Of a DNA stretch of 64,000 bases, positions 1 to 12,956 are shown piece after piece. Below the pieces are notes generated by a model that made no database searches, was not told where the DNA came from, and saw only the letters and a list, made by a program, of their open reading frames with translations. The translations under genes were made by a program, and so were the position numbers. The stretch comes from Tubulanus polymorphus (taxonomy: Eukaryota; Animalia; Nemertea), in contig NC_134033.1 in the NCBI RefSeq assembly GCF_964204645.1, positions 4,922,231 to 4,986,230 of the forward strand, written 5' to 3'. Within the stretch, counting starts at the first letter, position 1, and every line of letters starts with the position of its first letter.

Positions 1-487
1 TGATAAAAATGAAAAAAATGCATTTTTGAAATTTTGACGGTTATGGAAAGATTATTCGGCGAAATTTTCAAACCTTAAAACGATAAATAAAGAAACTTTA
101 AGACTTGAATGTGGTTTAAAGTTATCGGCATCTGTCGCAGTCCGTTGAAACATTTTTTTCGATGATAGATTTTGATCCTGTTTAGATCTAAGTTAAATCA
201 TGATTTTTCCACGCATTTGGTTGTTATTTTTATACGCTATCGGTGGAATAGTGTTCAAAAAAGACCCCGCCGAACAAGACCTAACCCGCCACAATCATAT
301 ATCCATGCGTTTTACTTAGCTTCAACTCAGTTATTATATTGACTGAAGAGTGAATTGTCAAAACAGATATTTACCAAGTGTTTTACAGAGACGCAGAATA
401 TTCAGAAGTGAAGATAGAAAATATTACCGAATATTATCAAAAACTGAACGCAGTTCGCGGGCGACAGTAAATATTTTTAGAGAAATA

Positions 488-580
488 ATTGCACATGATT
501 ATAAACACGATATATTGAAATACATCTAAATTTAGAAACCGCGGTAATTACAGCGAAACCGAAAACAGATGAAAGTTTCA
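488..580 (+). promoter_or_regulatory. Conserved upstream block shared by all four receptor copies (putative promoter core)
   Basis: The block ttgc(a/g)catgattataaacacgatat...tctaaatttagaaaccgcggtaattacagcgaaaccga(a/g)aacagatg is nearly identical at about 488, 19880, 36357 and 56780, roughly 200-290 bp before each ATG. It contains TATAAA. Function is inferred only. Confidence 0.5.
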
Positions 581-773
581 CAAATACGAGACTGTGCGCC
601 AGTTTGATGGGAGATTTTTTTTAGAAAATAATTTGACTCTGGATCAATTCGTCCACTTTTCACATTTGCGAATTCGTCATTACTCTGCAGCTACTCTTTA
701 GAGAGATGTCGCGCAAACTTGGAAAGAGTTAGAAATGTTTTTTTTTTGTTTTGAAGCGTGAATTGTGTTCAAT

Positions 774-3700
774 ATGCAGCGAATGAAAGCGTTGTTCGTA
801 GTTTTACTGATCGCTTGCGGAGACTGTATATTTACGCGGGCTGATCGCGCAAACTCTATCGAGGAAGCTACGTCTGTTACAGTCAGTTCATCTTGTAACA
901 ACACTCAATACTCCGTCGATTCTAGGTCTGGTTACATCGTTACACCGAACTATCCGTCGTTAGTGCGCGGTGTTGAGTGTCGTTGGTTCGTCAACAGCTC
1001 TTTACCGGGAAGTTTTCTTGTTCAAGTTTACTACGACGTCGAGCCGTCGATATTCTGTAACGAAAACTACCTTCTCGTCGGTGAGTCCGACAACAAACTC
1101 TGCGCTACCGGAAGAAAACGAATAGATATCCGCAGTAACGATTTGATTTCGTTGTTGTTTTGGAGTAACGTCGATGGAGCGCGAGGTAGTCGGGTTTATA
1201 TCATATACCGTTTTGAAGAACAGAGTCGCTTGAAAATCGTACATAAATGCAACAAACGTTTATTCTTGTAATTTAAACTTTTTACTATTTGCTGACGATA
1301 CGACTGCCATTAACTCTCATTCCGATCTGAATATACTGCAATCAAATACTAATGTTGAGCTCACTAAACTGTTTAACTGGCTAAACTCCAATAGGCTATC
1401 TGCTAATCTGTTGAAAACGAATTATATGCTTTTCCATAAAAAGATCAATATTCTTGATGATATCGACCTTGTAATGGGTAATGTTTCAATAACTAGAAAC
1501 AGAGAAACAAAATTCCTTGGTGTAATAATTGACGACAGCCTAACATGGAACTCCCACATAAACAAGCTGTGCTCTATTGTTAGCAGAAATATTGGTGTAT
1601 TAAGAAAAGCACGACGTATTTTTCCTAGATCCGCGCTCATCAAGTTATTCAACGGTTTCATCCTTCCGTATCTACAGTACTGTAATATCGTCTGGGCATC
1701 TAATTATGTAACTAGGTTACGACCCCTTATTTTGCTTCAAAAACGCGCTATTCGCATTGCTAGTGGGGTAAATTTTCTAGAACACACTACTCCACTGTTC
1801 AAAAAGTCGTATCAACTCAAACTTCAAGACATCAATGTGTTCCAAAATTCTGTACTGATGTATAAATCTGTCCATGTGTTGCTGCCTGTCAAATTGTCCA
1901 ATAGTTTAATTCGTATTTCTGATCTTCATTCCCACAACACCCGTAACTCTAATCAATTTCGTTTACCTTATTACAGAACCAATATCAGGATGTTTTCTCC
2001 TAACATTAATTGTATTAGAGTCTGGAATTCTCTTCCAACTGAACTTCAGCAAGCATCCAACATCGATATATTCAAGCGGAATTTGAAAAGACATATAATA
2101 GGATTGTATTAATACTTATCATACTTGTGTTTAACATCATGTCCATCCATTCCGCCAGGGCATTAGGCTTTTTTCATTAAAAGTATACCCCCCTTTGGGG
2201 TCCCTTTTTGTCCTTTTTCTTTACTACGCTTTACAGTGTAGAAGTACTTTCTGTAACTTTTCTTTTATGTAATAGTGATGACTGTATTTCTGTATTGTAT
2301 CTCTTTAGTGAAGAAATAAACTTATTATATATATTATATAAACATGTAGTTAAAGAATTACCAACTCAAACAGGTTATGAATTCGTGATTTCTATCCGGC
2401 GATGTAAATTGTTGTTAGTATGGATCGGGATGCCAGACGGGTTTGCATTTAATCTAACGTTTATACAGATAGATTTCCGATTAAGACCAGGTGAGGATCC
2501 AATGAAAACTCGTCCTAAAATTTACGACGGATGGAACAGCACCAGTGAACTTATAGCTCTTATACGAGAACAAACCGGACATCCACCTTCATCGTTTTAT
2601 ACTAAAACTAATAAAGCACGTATTGAATTTGAAAATAGGAATTTGTTTCAGTCGCGGTTACTCGTGCAAGTTTACAAAATATCAGATTGGAACATCTCTA
2701 ACCCGTTAATTCAAGTCGATAATAAATCAGGACTGCTCACTACAATTGATGGAGTACCACATATAGTAACTCAGTCTAAATACTTATACTGCTGGTCTAT
2801 CACAGTCGATGTTCTGCAGTACGTCGTCTTCAACTGGACAAGTGATCTCGTCTCGTCACCAGGTGTCGTTGGTGTATATAAACAGGAAGGGTTACGTATT
2901 GTGAGAACTGATATTTTACTCAGTTTTAACCATCTTAGATCTCTGAGTGTAAAATCAGACGGATTTCTCGTCATTCTGTGCGTTTTAACGACATCGGATT
3001 TTTTTAGATCGAATTTGAAAATAGAATTTGATGTGAAATCGATGACAATTTCAGACTGCTATGTCAACAAGCCGAGGATATCGGTAAGTTTATTACAATG
3101 ATCTGTAAATCTGTATGAAATATTGTTTTGATAATCTATGATTTTGATGAAGATAATGCAGAGTGAAACAATCGAGAAATGCAATGTTTCAATCTTCAGA
3201 CAAAATAACAGCGCAATTTTAAAATCAAAATAATAATAATGATGGACAGAAGAAGGACAGTTTAAATGTACTAACTTATTATCAACATCGTTATGTATTT
3301 CAGGCAGTGAAAAATGTGAAATCATTGAACTCTCACAATACGTTTCCGAGATCAAAGAATACATTGTATCGTGTAACTACATTACAACTAAACTGGAAAG
3401 TGAACATCTATGAAGAACAGTTGAAACTAACAGCGATATCAGAAAGCTGTGATCGAGCTGGTTTTTATATGTTTGATGGTAGTAATTTCACAGCTAGACG
3501 CAATGGTCCGTATTGTCCTGGTTCATATTACGGTCGATCTGTCGTCAGCCTGATTACATCAGGTGGACCGGTTACTGTAGTAGCATACGCTTATTACTAT
3601 AATCAGTTAACAGTTGGTAGCTCATCTCTTAATTTTGCTTCTACTGATTGTGATGATTATGTTCTACAGGAAGAAAAACGTCAGATCAATATGACGTCAC

Positions 3701-6700
3701 ACTGTCTGGTGATTACACCTGAAAATCGACGCCTTCGCTTGAACAATATTCACATATTATCAGAACACGAATATCAAATTGACCGATGTTTTCTCAAGAT
3801 GCCATTGTCATGTGATCAGTATCTGAGTTTGATTAATCAGTTTCTTAATAACAGTCTCGTATTAAACACTGTAGATTTCACAGTTAATGAGTTTGGATTC
3901 TGGCAGGAACCACTAATAGTTAAACTACGTCGTAAATGTTTAGGAGTAAAAAAACTGAAAATATGCTGGGTTCCCTTGTCCCAACTGCGACTAAAGATCA
4001 ATGTAGACTCGTGCAGTCACCAAACTACCCGGGTTGGGCAGGGCGTACGATAAAATCTATTTCCTATAGATTCAAAAACCCGATCCAACAAAATGTATTT
4101 CAATATTACAGATTTATTGTCAAATTGATTGGATCAGTTTCATGCGCAACAGCCAAATCCTACGAGAACGATCCAATTATTTTGATACAATTAATGGAAT
4201 ATAACCCCTTCTTTGATGGAAGATTATTTAACCTATTCACGCTCAACATGAGACAAAAATATGTGAAAATAACGCGGTTCGTAGACTTATATTTTATAGT
4301 TTAATAGAAAATGCTTTGCGTTTTGAAGTGAAGAATACAATCCCAACCTTTCAAATACAATATACTTTACACGAGTCGTTACCGATTAATGATTTCGATG
4401 ATTTCTACTGCAAACACGGATTTCTGGATTCCGGAATTTCTTGCATCAAATTCATCAGAGATGAACGTCTGAATTGGGGTAACGCTGAAATATACTGTAG
4501 ACAGAAGTACGCGGGACATCTACTCAGTATCAACTCAGAACAAGAAATGATTTCCATCAAAAGATTATTCGCTAGAGAAAATCTCCAAATGGCGTACGCA
4601 TTAAAAACGCCCATAATGATGATTGGATTAAAATGGAAGGTAAAACTATTATGTACAAATGTGAATTGGAAAGGAAAGATTTTTAGAGAAGAAATAATAG
4701 ATTACCTTTTTTACGAAACAGAATGATGGTTATTACACGTGGACTGACGGTAAACCTTTGAGCTACACAGAGTGGTATAAACCTGTTATTAATGAAACGA
4801 TACCAGAAGTTATTCGAGGATTGATATCTCCGCTAAGAAAACAACCGATAAATGACGTCAATATGCCGTGTACGGCGATGATACTAAATAATCCACGAGG
4901 ATCAGCGAACTGGGTTCGATTCCCGTGTCAAATCGAGGAGACGCACACGACATTCATTTGTGAATTCGAGAGAATCGACATCAAACACAAACGCAATTCA
5001 GCGATAAACGATGCGAACAATTCAGTGAATCCCGAGGTTTACTGTAATAATGACAATCACTGTACGACTCGTTTCACACATCTGTGTAAGGAATCGGATG
5101 AACAAAGATGTACGTTCAATTCTCCTCGCTGTTATTCCCGGCACGAAAGGTGTATTTTAGAAAGGATGCCGATTGGTTTCCCGGTATGTAGAAATCTTGA
5201 ACACATACTCGCGTGTAATGACTTCGAATGTGCTGCTGGTACTGTAAAATGCCCGGCATCTTATTGTATACCAATCAGAAACGTTTGTGACGGTCGATCC
5301 GATTGTCCTAATTCAGAAGATGAACGAAACTGCGAGACTTGGTCCTGTCCGGGAATGTTTAAATGTGGCCAGGAAAATCGATGTATTCCGCAATCTGAAG
5401 TTTGCGACGGTGTCGTAAATTGTGAACATAACTCGGATGACGAGTCATACTGTAAGGTCGCGTGTCCTGAACGTTGTAATTGCCGGGGTCTTTTCATCGA
5501 TTGTGAAAATGCTCTTTTATCAGATATTACTGGTCGTTTTATAAAATCAACTCGAGTTTTGATTTTGTCGAATAACCGAGTCGTATTTAAGGAATCGACG
5601 TTTAACTCTTTCATTTATCTTCGTTTTCTCGATATTTCGGGCAATAATTTGTCTTACATCGTTCCCAATGCGTTTTCTAATCTAAACAATCTTTACACAT
5701 TAGACCTTACTCACAACCGCGTAGCATCATTATCTGCTAATACATTCGCTGGTTTGATCGGTTTAAAAGAACTATTTCTTGTCGGAAATCCGCTGCAACA
5801 TTTTAAAGACGGTAGTTTCTTAGGTCTGACATCACTTCCTGCCCTCGATCTTCACGGACTTTCTATATCGGTTCTCGGCGAAAATGTATTTAAAGGTTTA
5901 TCCGCATTACAGTCGTTAAATATCAGCAGTAACAAAATTCATCACATTTCAAGCTTTGCTTTTTCTGGATTGGTTGGACTTGAAATTCTTGACCTCGTCA
6001 ACAATTTTGGAGTAATATCCGTAGAAAGAAACGTTCTAGGCGATCTTATATCAATGAAATACTTATCATCGTATGCTTACAAATTCTGCTGCATGGCGCC
6101 GAATGTTGACCGATGTCTTCCCGAAGCTGATTTTCAACCTGCTCTGACCTGATAGGTAACACTGTACTGAGAGCCATCATCTGGATGATCGCATCTTTCA
6201 GTTTTCTCGCTAACAGTATCGTTATCTTATTTCGTATTCAAGCTTTGCGGATGAAATCCTCCGGAACACGTAACACATCTTCAGATATCCTTATCATTAA
6301 TATTGCCGGTTGTGATTTTCTGATGTCGGTCTAATTGGTTTTGATCGCAGGAGCTGACCACGCGTTCAAGGGTATCTATTATCTGAATTCTGAAACCTGG
6401 ACGAATAGCTCATTATGCCGTGTCACCGGGGTTATTGTCACCGTTTCGTGCGAAGGTTCCTTGACTTTTCTCTTAATTCTAACGCGTCAGAGATATTCAA
6501 ATATCGTCAACCCGTTTTCTGAAAGTCCAATTATAACTTGAAAATACGTTATCGGTATTTGCTGCATTTGTTGGCTCGTTATTAGCACAGTTTCTATTCT
6601 ACCGCTGTCATCGTCGTCTTACTTCGGAGACAATTTTTACGGTACAACCGGAGTTTGTTTGCCTATGAATTTTCTAACGATTGACGTCAATGGCTGGGAC

Positions 6701-7069
6701 TATTCATTCGCTATTTTTGCCTTGCTTAATGCGGCAATATTGGCTACGATAATGACGACGTACGCTCAGATGTATAGACTCGTATCTGGAAGTAGGTCGG
6801 CCTCGGGTAGAGCCGATCCTACCGAACTGGTTTTAGCTCGAAGGAGTTTAGTAATCAATCTTTGTAATTTATTTTGCTGGCTACCGATAATAATCGTTCA
6901 GTTTTGCGCCGTATTTTCGGTCGAGATACCGAACCAGGTGGCAGCTTGGCTGGCCGTTCTATTTTTACCGATCAACTCGTCTTTGAATCCGCTTCTTTAT
7001 ACAATACTAAATATCGATATGAAATCTATTCGTGAACGAAGACTAGGATTGACGACACCGAGTAAATAA
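774..7069 (+). pseudogene. GRL101-like LGR receptor copy A (disabled)
   Basis: Exons 774-3083 (split by a LINE), 3304-4639 and 4722-7069 with GT-AG phase-0 introns matching copy D. Lesions: LINE insertion at about 1260, two -1 frameshifts in exon 2 (about 3950 and 4235), an in-frame 909-bp deletion at about 5024, a 4-nt deletion at about 6131, TAA at 6332-6334 and TGA at 6539-6541. Confidence 0.92.
1260..2339 (+). mobile_element. 5'-truncated non-LTR retrotransposon (CR1/L2-group-like) inserted in exon 1 of copy A
   Basis: Open frame 1261-2112 contains the RT motif LFADDTT, KFLGVIIDDSLTW and the C-terminal HNTR...WNSLP...FKRNLK signature. AATAAA at about 2315 is followed by a TA-rich tail. 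Receptor exon sequence resumes at about 2341. Possible degenerate TSD aaac(g/a)t at 1254-1259 / 2340-2345. Confidence 0.9.
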
Positions 7070-8893
7070 ACAATATGAATATATCTATATTTCATGTTTC
7101 ACCTACGTATCTGATTCAATGAAACGTTTTGATATTCCCAAAATATGATTATGTTATTTTAGGACAAAAACCAATCGCAAGCAAACAGATCATTGTCAAG
7201 CATAAATAATCTCAATCGATTTTTCATTCAAAGCCTTGTGTAGTGACTCTTTATTCAATTCGACAAGAAACATGTCTAGACCTGACCACATAGTATCTGT
7301 AATTGTGGTGGAATCTACCAGAGTAATTCGACATCAAAAATAATAGTTTAATTGAAAATGAACTACGAGAAATTATTCTGATTTTGAAAGTATTTTGATA
7401 TTGTTCGGAATGGTTGGTCTCTTTAGAAAGTAGAAACTAATCTCATACTAATACTAATAGTAAGTGTAGTGAAATGTGCACATGGGGAAAAATGACCTCT
7501 TGTGACTTGAAAAAATAATAATAAATATAAAAATGAACTGTCAATTATTTGGACTAAGATATTAGTCGTAGGCTGTAGTTAACAAAGCAAACCAAATCAG
7601 TTCGACCGAGCAGGTCTCAGGAAATAGAAATTTTCAGTAAACGCTATGCGCTTTAGAAAACAGTCAAATCTGAGCCTATAGATTGACTCGTAAAAATTTA
7701 CGACGATTTTTTTCTAATGAAAATATTGAAAATTTGCTAGTTTTTGCAAAACGTTTTTTTTTATTTATTTCGAAGACAACAACAATATTAGCTAACCAAA
7801 AATATTCGATTCTGCATATTCAGCTCACTTAAGCGCGGTTCGTCGCTTACCTCGGAGCGAAGAACTGATAAAAGAAGAAATGAGAACACGCGCCATTGAA
7901 ATATTATCAGTGTTGTTTATGATTTCGTGAAATTGTTTTTTTTCAAATTCGTGATTTTATCGATATCGCTGCGCGACGCGTCCATTGAGAGAGGTGTGTT
8001 TATGGACGGGTTAGAACTGGACGCGCGCCGGACAGATACATAGCTGATTTCAGCACAAACGATCAGTTTAATTGTTTTATACAATGCAACTTACGTATTT
8101 AAACAGCAATTATCACGTGACTCTAAAACTCTGTTAGCTTTCTGATCAAGTCACATGCAGCTTTTGTATCCACGAGTTCAAGGTCAGTAACAAATTAGTC
8201 AGACAAGAGACAACGACAGAAAAAAAGGATGTTTGGTAACGTAAAAATGAACCCGATATTATTTTTACTTTTTTAGAATTGTTTCACATACTACGGAATA
8301 GTTAACAATAGAAACTACTCTCAAATAGGAATTTGAAGCCAAATTGGAAATTAGGGAAAAAGGGCCTTTTTGACGTCGAAAATAATAGTATTATTGAAGA
8401 CCAGTTTCTGAGAGTTACCATAAATATTTTAAGCTCTTTGAAATAGTAGAAACTACTCTCAAATAGGAAGTCGTGGTCCGATCCGCAACCAATACAGTCG
8501 TGGATCAGACGCGCGAGCAGTGGATGATTTGAAAGAAATTGAAAAATGGCCGAAAACTATGTTTCATGTAGAATTTCTGATTAAAAAATGAGATTTCAAA
8601 GAAGCCAACGAAAAATGAAATGAGTCGAAACGGCGGAAAAATTCGTGCACTAAAGCAAGCGCAGGAGTATTTCGTCGCCATAAAAAACCGTTGCAACAAT
8701 TTGTGTATACATTGATACCTAGTTTGAGGGGTTCTGTGTGAGTCGATGCGCACACAGAGCTTGTCTATTTGTAGTTAGATATTAAGAGTTCTGCTTTCTC
8801 TGGAGTCACGCACTATAATTATATAAACTAGAATAAGGGTTGTAGAGGAGCCTATGTTAACCCGGTTTCCAATCAACAAAACCTAAAACACAT

Positions 8894-9001
8894 GACCCAG
8901 TTCCACAGTTCTGGGTTAGGATTTGGTTAAGAGTAAACTCATTGAAAATGAACTATTTTAACTTTGAGTTATCTCTAACTCACAACTGTGGAACTGGATC
9001 C
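8894..9001. mobile_element. Small MITE-like element (about 108 bp)
   Basis: 17-bp terminal inverted repeat gacccagttccacagtt / aactgtggaactggatc (1 mismatch). Related fragments at about 29767 and 29841. Confidence 0.6.
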
Positions 9002-9039
9002 AGAAGTCACATTATGGGTTATTCATACAGGGACTCGTT

Positions 9040-9086
9040 TACCCGATGAAGCTGCTCGAAGCTACTTTAGTTGCAAAAGCTCGTGT
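9040..9086 (+). other. Degenerate Penelope-type minimal hammerhead motif
   Basis: ac-CCGATGA-a-gc...gc-AAAA-gc-tc-gtg; both core boxes deviate from CTGATGA/GAAA. Same family as the motif at 51588-51628. Confidence 0.35.
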
Positions 9087-9579
9087 CTAGCTAAGACTAA
9101 AATACAATACTGTCTGTCTTTTACATGTTACTAAACGAACAAAACAGTTTTATGAAACTTGATATAAGCGGTTATCTGACCAAAATTCCTACAGCGGATT
9201 TTCATACAGAAATATTCCTAATTTTTCATCCCATTAAAGGATAAAATTACTACAAAGTTACACATTTGAAACTTTGCAAATTAGCCGTATAGAAATTCAC
9301 TCTGTTCCTGTGAGATTTGTAAAAAAAGTGACAGTAGTGGATGGAACTGTAAATATTGCAAAGCAAAAGCCGTGACGGTTATTACTAATTTAAAAATGTA
9401 TTGCTAAAAACGCTTAGCGTTTTGAGGCGTGACGCATCTGCTGATCATACAGTATATCAATGACATCATTTGATGTTATTGCTCTGCTGGGTTTTGTATG
9501 TTACATAATCAAAACGATACAAATCAGTACAAATGATATTTTGTGAACGCGGCCGAGCTTAGAGATATAACGTGTTATA

Positions 9580-10896
9580 ATGATGGTTTCGTGCATGATT
9601 TTGATTTTAAACTTCAGTTTATTCACTGGAACCAAACTACCGATAGGTAAGAGACGTATTGATTATTTGTGATCACGTTTACAGTATATTTCAATTCTTA
9701 TATACAGCATAGTTTATGTATCCAATCTCATCACATCTGAAATACAAATAAAACTGGTCTGATGAGAAACATGATTCTACAACTTACTAAAGAGACCTTA
9801 TTTACAACTCTTATTCCACCGTCTACAGTAGACTGCCATCTGAATCTTTCCAGATGGCAATAGTGAAGATCTCTAAACAAGAGTATGGAAATAACATAAG
9901 TCATGGCCCGGAGAACTTCCTACTTTTTCAGTATTTCAATTAAAAGCATTCCAACAGAAATTTCGTTATTTGGGTCTTATTTGTTCTCATGTGTCGTATG
10001 ATTTACGATGATTTTGTGGCTGTTTTCGAATTCGAAAAATATTTTCAAATAACTTTTCTAGACACGTGTGGACCTCGGGAAAGGCTCCGATGGAACATTA
10101 TCGCGGGGAAGAGACAAGTAGGAAACATATATGTTTGTAGTAAGGCTTCTGCTATGAGACAGTGTATGTATCAATGCGCGCATCATACACAGTTTCTCTG
10201 TATGTCACTCTGTTATCACCGATCAACTGAACTCTGTTGTATTCATCCTGAAAGTAGATTCACTCGGCCGGATTTCTTCCGAGATGGGTCAGCGTATGAT
10301 TATATGGATTGGTACTGTGAACGTGCAGATGAGTTAGGTATGTAAACCCCTAAACCTGTTTAATCGAATATTCGGTTTAATCGCTGGATTGTAGCGAGTC
10401 TGACGAATTCTGAAAAGTGGCCACTTTCGGAAAAATTTATATCAGGCTCTGATTAGTGCTTAATTTGCAGGTAAATCCTGGTAATGTTTGAAAAATTCCC
10501 ATCGGATTAAAGAATAAAACGCATTTAAAAGTTAGAAATTCCGTTGTTTTAATTTTTGCTGACAAAAAGCAACTACGATTATTCTAGCAAGATCTATGGT
10601 TTGTATATTGTAAATTTAATTTCGAATATTTTGTAGTTTTTCTGATTGATACCGGTTCAAAGAATCTGCCTTCGCCTGAAATCAACTCACTCGAACGAGT
10701 CGCAGCAACAGCGTCCGGGAATAACTGCGGTTTGAAATGTCTTTGGAATCGTGAATGTGATTTGTTCGTCATCAAACGACAAAAAAACATCGTCAAATGT
10801 CGTTTATATAATACAGATCTGATTGCCGTTGATCAATGGAAACAATCCACTGATGAAATGATCTTTAAGGATGAGTCTAGATTCCGACACCTGTGA
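9580..10896 (+). CDS. Secreted double PAN/apple-domain protein, 200 aa, 3 exons (9580-9646, 10062-10337, 10637-10896)
   Basis: Exon 1 encodes a hydrophobic signal peptide (MMVSCMILILNFSLFTG). Both introns are phase 1 GT-AG. Exon 2 has QCMYQC...FLCMSLCY...LCCIH...YDYMDWYC; exon 3 has CGLKCLWNRECDLF...KCRLY. The spliced CDS is 603 nt with no internal stop. Confidence 0.75.
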
Positions 10897-12053
10897 ATAT
10901 TCTAATCATGCATATAATAATTAATTTACTTTGAAAGCTTTGATGTTAACAAATTACGATAATTCAATAATATGTAAATATTGCGATATGGCAATTAAGT
11001 GTAATCAAACGTTTGCAGTCATTTCAATAGAAATTTCAAAGGGCATTCTATCCTTTAGGAAGATTTTTTGGTAATAATGAATTCATGCTATTGTATACTG
11101 TTGCTGCCATCATATATGATATGATATACCTATGTTAGTGGGTGTACTGTAGCCGTGATTAATGTGACAAAATGATGGTGATTTTATCAATCTTAGATAC
11201 GTACACTACGCGTATAACGGCACTGAACGCACGCACGTGTTTGTTTTTATTAACAGAGATATTGTCATGAATAGCGCTGATCGCGTTGTGGGTGAACTAC
11301 GTTATCGAAGAGAAAATAACTGAATGACTGATTTTGGACCAATCAGAATGTTTTTTTTTTTCGGTTAGCCAGATCCCAGGTTGTTATTCATATACAAATG
11401 TAGCATTTGGTTTATTAATCACGAAAAGTACAATTTCTGTGGCGTATGTGTACTTTATGAAATCAGGTCACAGTTCATTAGATGTCATTGAAGATTGAGA
11501 AATATATCGCTCTTACGTTCATTAATTTTATTATTCGTCCCGTGGTTGAAATACACAGAGACAAAGCTATATATCGGTGTTAAATACAATTTTAAATTCA
11601 CATTTTAAAGAACGTTCTGTTTTGGTCTTTATTTTCTGACTTTTGATATATAGACTGTAGGTACCCAGTATCATAGGTACCACCTATAAACAATTTTGAT
11701 TTTATAACCGATACCTAGGATTTCGGTTCGGATTTTTTATTTTGTACCCCGAGCTATCGTGACAAGTACTTGTACCTATGAGTAAGCCGTATACCAACAA
11801 ATCTATTTCATCAGCAGGCAATTTCTAAAACTTCCCACGCGAATAAATTAGTTGATCAAGATACAAGGAGATATGTTAGTAAACTATATAGAATAAAATA
11901 GTTGTGGCTAATTTCGAAATTTCGTTAAACACGTCTGATATCGGCCCGGAAATTACCATAAATTTTTGATTTTGATTTCCCTCTTTTTTGTATTGTCGAT
12001 TGGTTTCAATAATAATCATCAAACAGTTCGTATCGTTGGTCTCTAGGATACGC

Positions 12054-12290
12054 GCCGTGACGTTTTAATTAGTAAAGTTATTACTACAAAACACTCGTTT
12101 GAGGCGTGACAAATCTGCTAATCATACAGTACATCAATGCAGCTATCATTGAATGTTATTGCTCTGGATGAGTTTATCATTTTAAAATATTAAAACATGA
12201 GATACAAATCAGTTGAAATAATAATTCAGAGACCGCGCATACAGCCACATATTGTTATAATGTTTGTTTTGTGCATGATTTCCAGTTTCA
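12054..12290 (+). repeat. Diverged duplicate of 9369-9605 (upstream region and start of exon 1 of the PAN-PAN gene)
   Basis: Shared motifs gccgtgacg, ttgaggcgtgac, atcatacagta, gttattgctctg, gatacaaatcagt, tgttataatg...gtgcatgattt occur in the same order. Confidence 0.75.
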
Positions 12291-12356
12291 AGGCCAGCTG
12301 TAGGCTGAGCCTATTACTATACAAATGGAGCGAATTTAAATGCCCTTATGAAAATG

Positions 12357-12622
12357 GTACACGTGTATTTAGCTAAATACACGTGTAATACACGTGTAAT
12401 ATGAAATTACACGTGTACTTTTGACATGTGTAAAACACGTGTATTTCTAAAATACACGTGTAGTTTGGACATGTATTTTGAATTACACGTGTACTGAAGA
12501 TGTGTATTTTGAAATACACGTGTAACTTAGGACGTGTATTTTAAAAACACGTGTAAATTCATGTGTGGCTTCTGAAATACATGTGCAATCTGGATGCATG
12601 TACTAGGCTAAATTATACATGT
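12357..12622. repeat. Tandem array of palindromic TACACGTGTA/CATGTG units
   Basis: About 9 ACACGTGTA cores plus decayed variants at 11-30 bp spacing. Probably the subterminal repeats of a transposon that also removed the 5' end of the adjacent GPCR. Confidence 0.8.
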
Positions 12623-12956
12623 ACCTTGTTTCTCATAATTGGTCAATTTTGTGAACTGCAATAAAATTTGTAATTACATCATTTAGCTTCACATGATTTC
12701 ATAAAAAGTAAGATTTTGCATGTAATGTTCGGAGAATTGAAGGAATCTCCTGTCTTTATAATTGTTTGATCCTCATTTAGTAGTTTTTTTTAGGATGCCG
12801 TGTCAAAAAAGTCATGTTGTTTCTCCTGTATTGACTAGATTGGATCCTGTATGAATGAAACACATGTCTTTGTTGCCCCCTGAATAAATCCAAAAACTGT
12901 TTCACAAAAATCATGATCTGAACAAAAAATTTTGGATATTTCATTTATTATCAACA

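Noticed and set aside
1261-2112. LINE RT as an in-frame fusion to the receptor, or as a diversity-generating retroelement
   Set aside because: It is out of frame with exon 1 (stop at 1269-1271) and 5'-truncated; there is no template/variable repeat pair or adenine-specific mutation pattern.
3945-4245. Copy A frameshifts as mere sequencing errors hiding an intact gene
   Set aside because: The 1-nt indels could be errors, but the LINE insertion, 4-nt deletion and two nonsense codons independently disable the copy.
5015-5035. 909-bp deletion as a spliced-out intron (retrocopy signature)
   Set aside because: The deleted segment has no GT-AG ends and copy A retains both real introns.
7390-8470. 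Similarity to 63780-64000 as a conserved 3' regulatory element
   Set aside because: Patchy and internally repeated (tagaaactactctc); more likely a dispersed repeat or a remnant of duplicated flank; no function supportable.
12357-12622. Palindromic repeats with short spacers as a CRISPR-like array
   Set aside because: Eukaryotic context, 10-bp units, spacers that are short and themselves repetitive, no cas genes.
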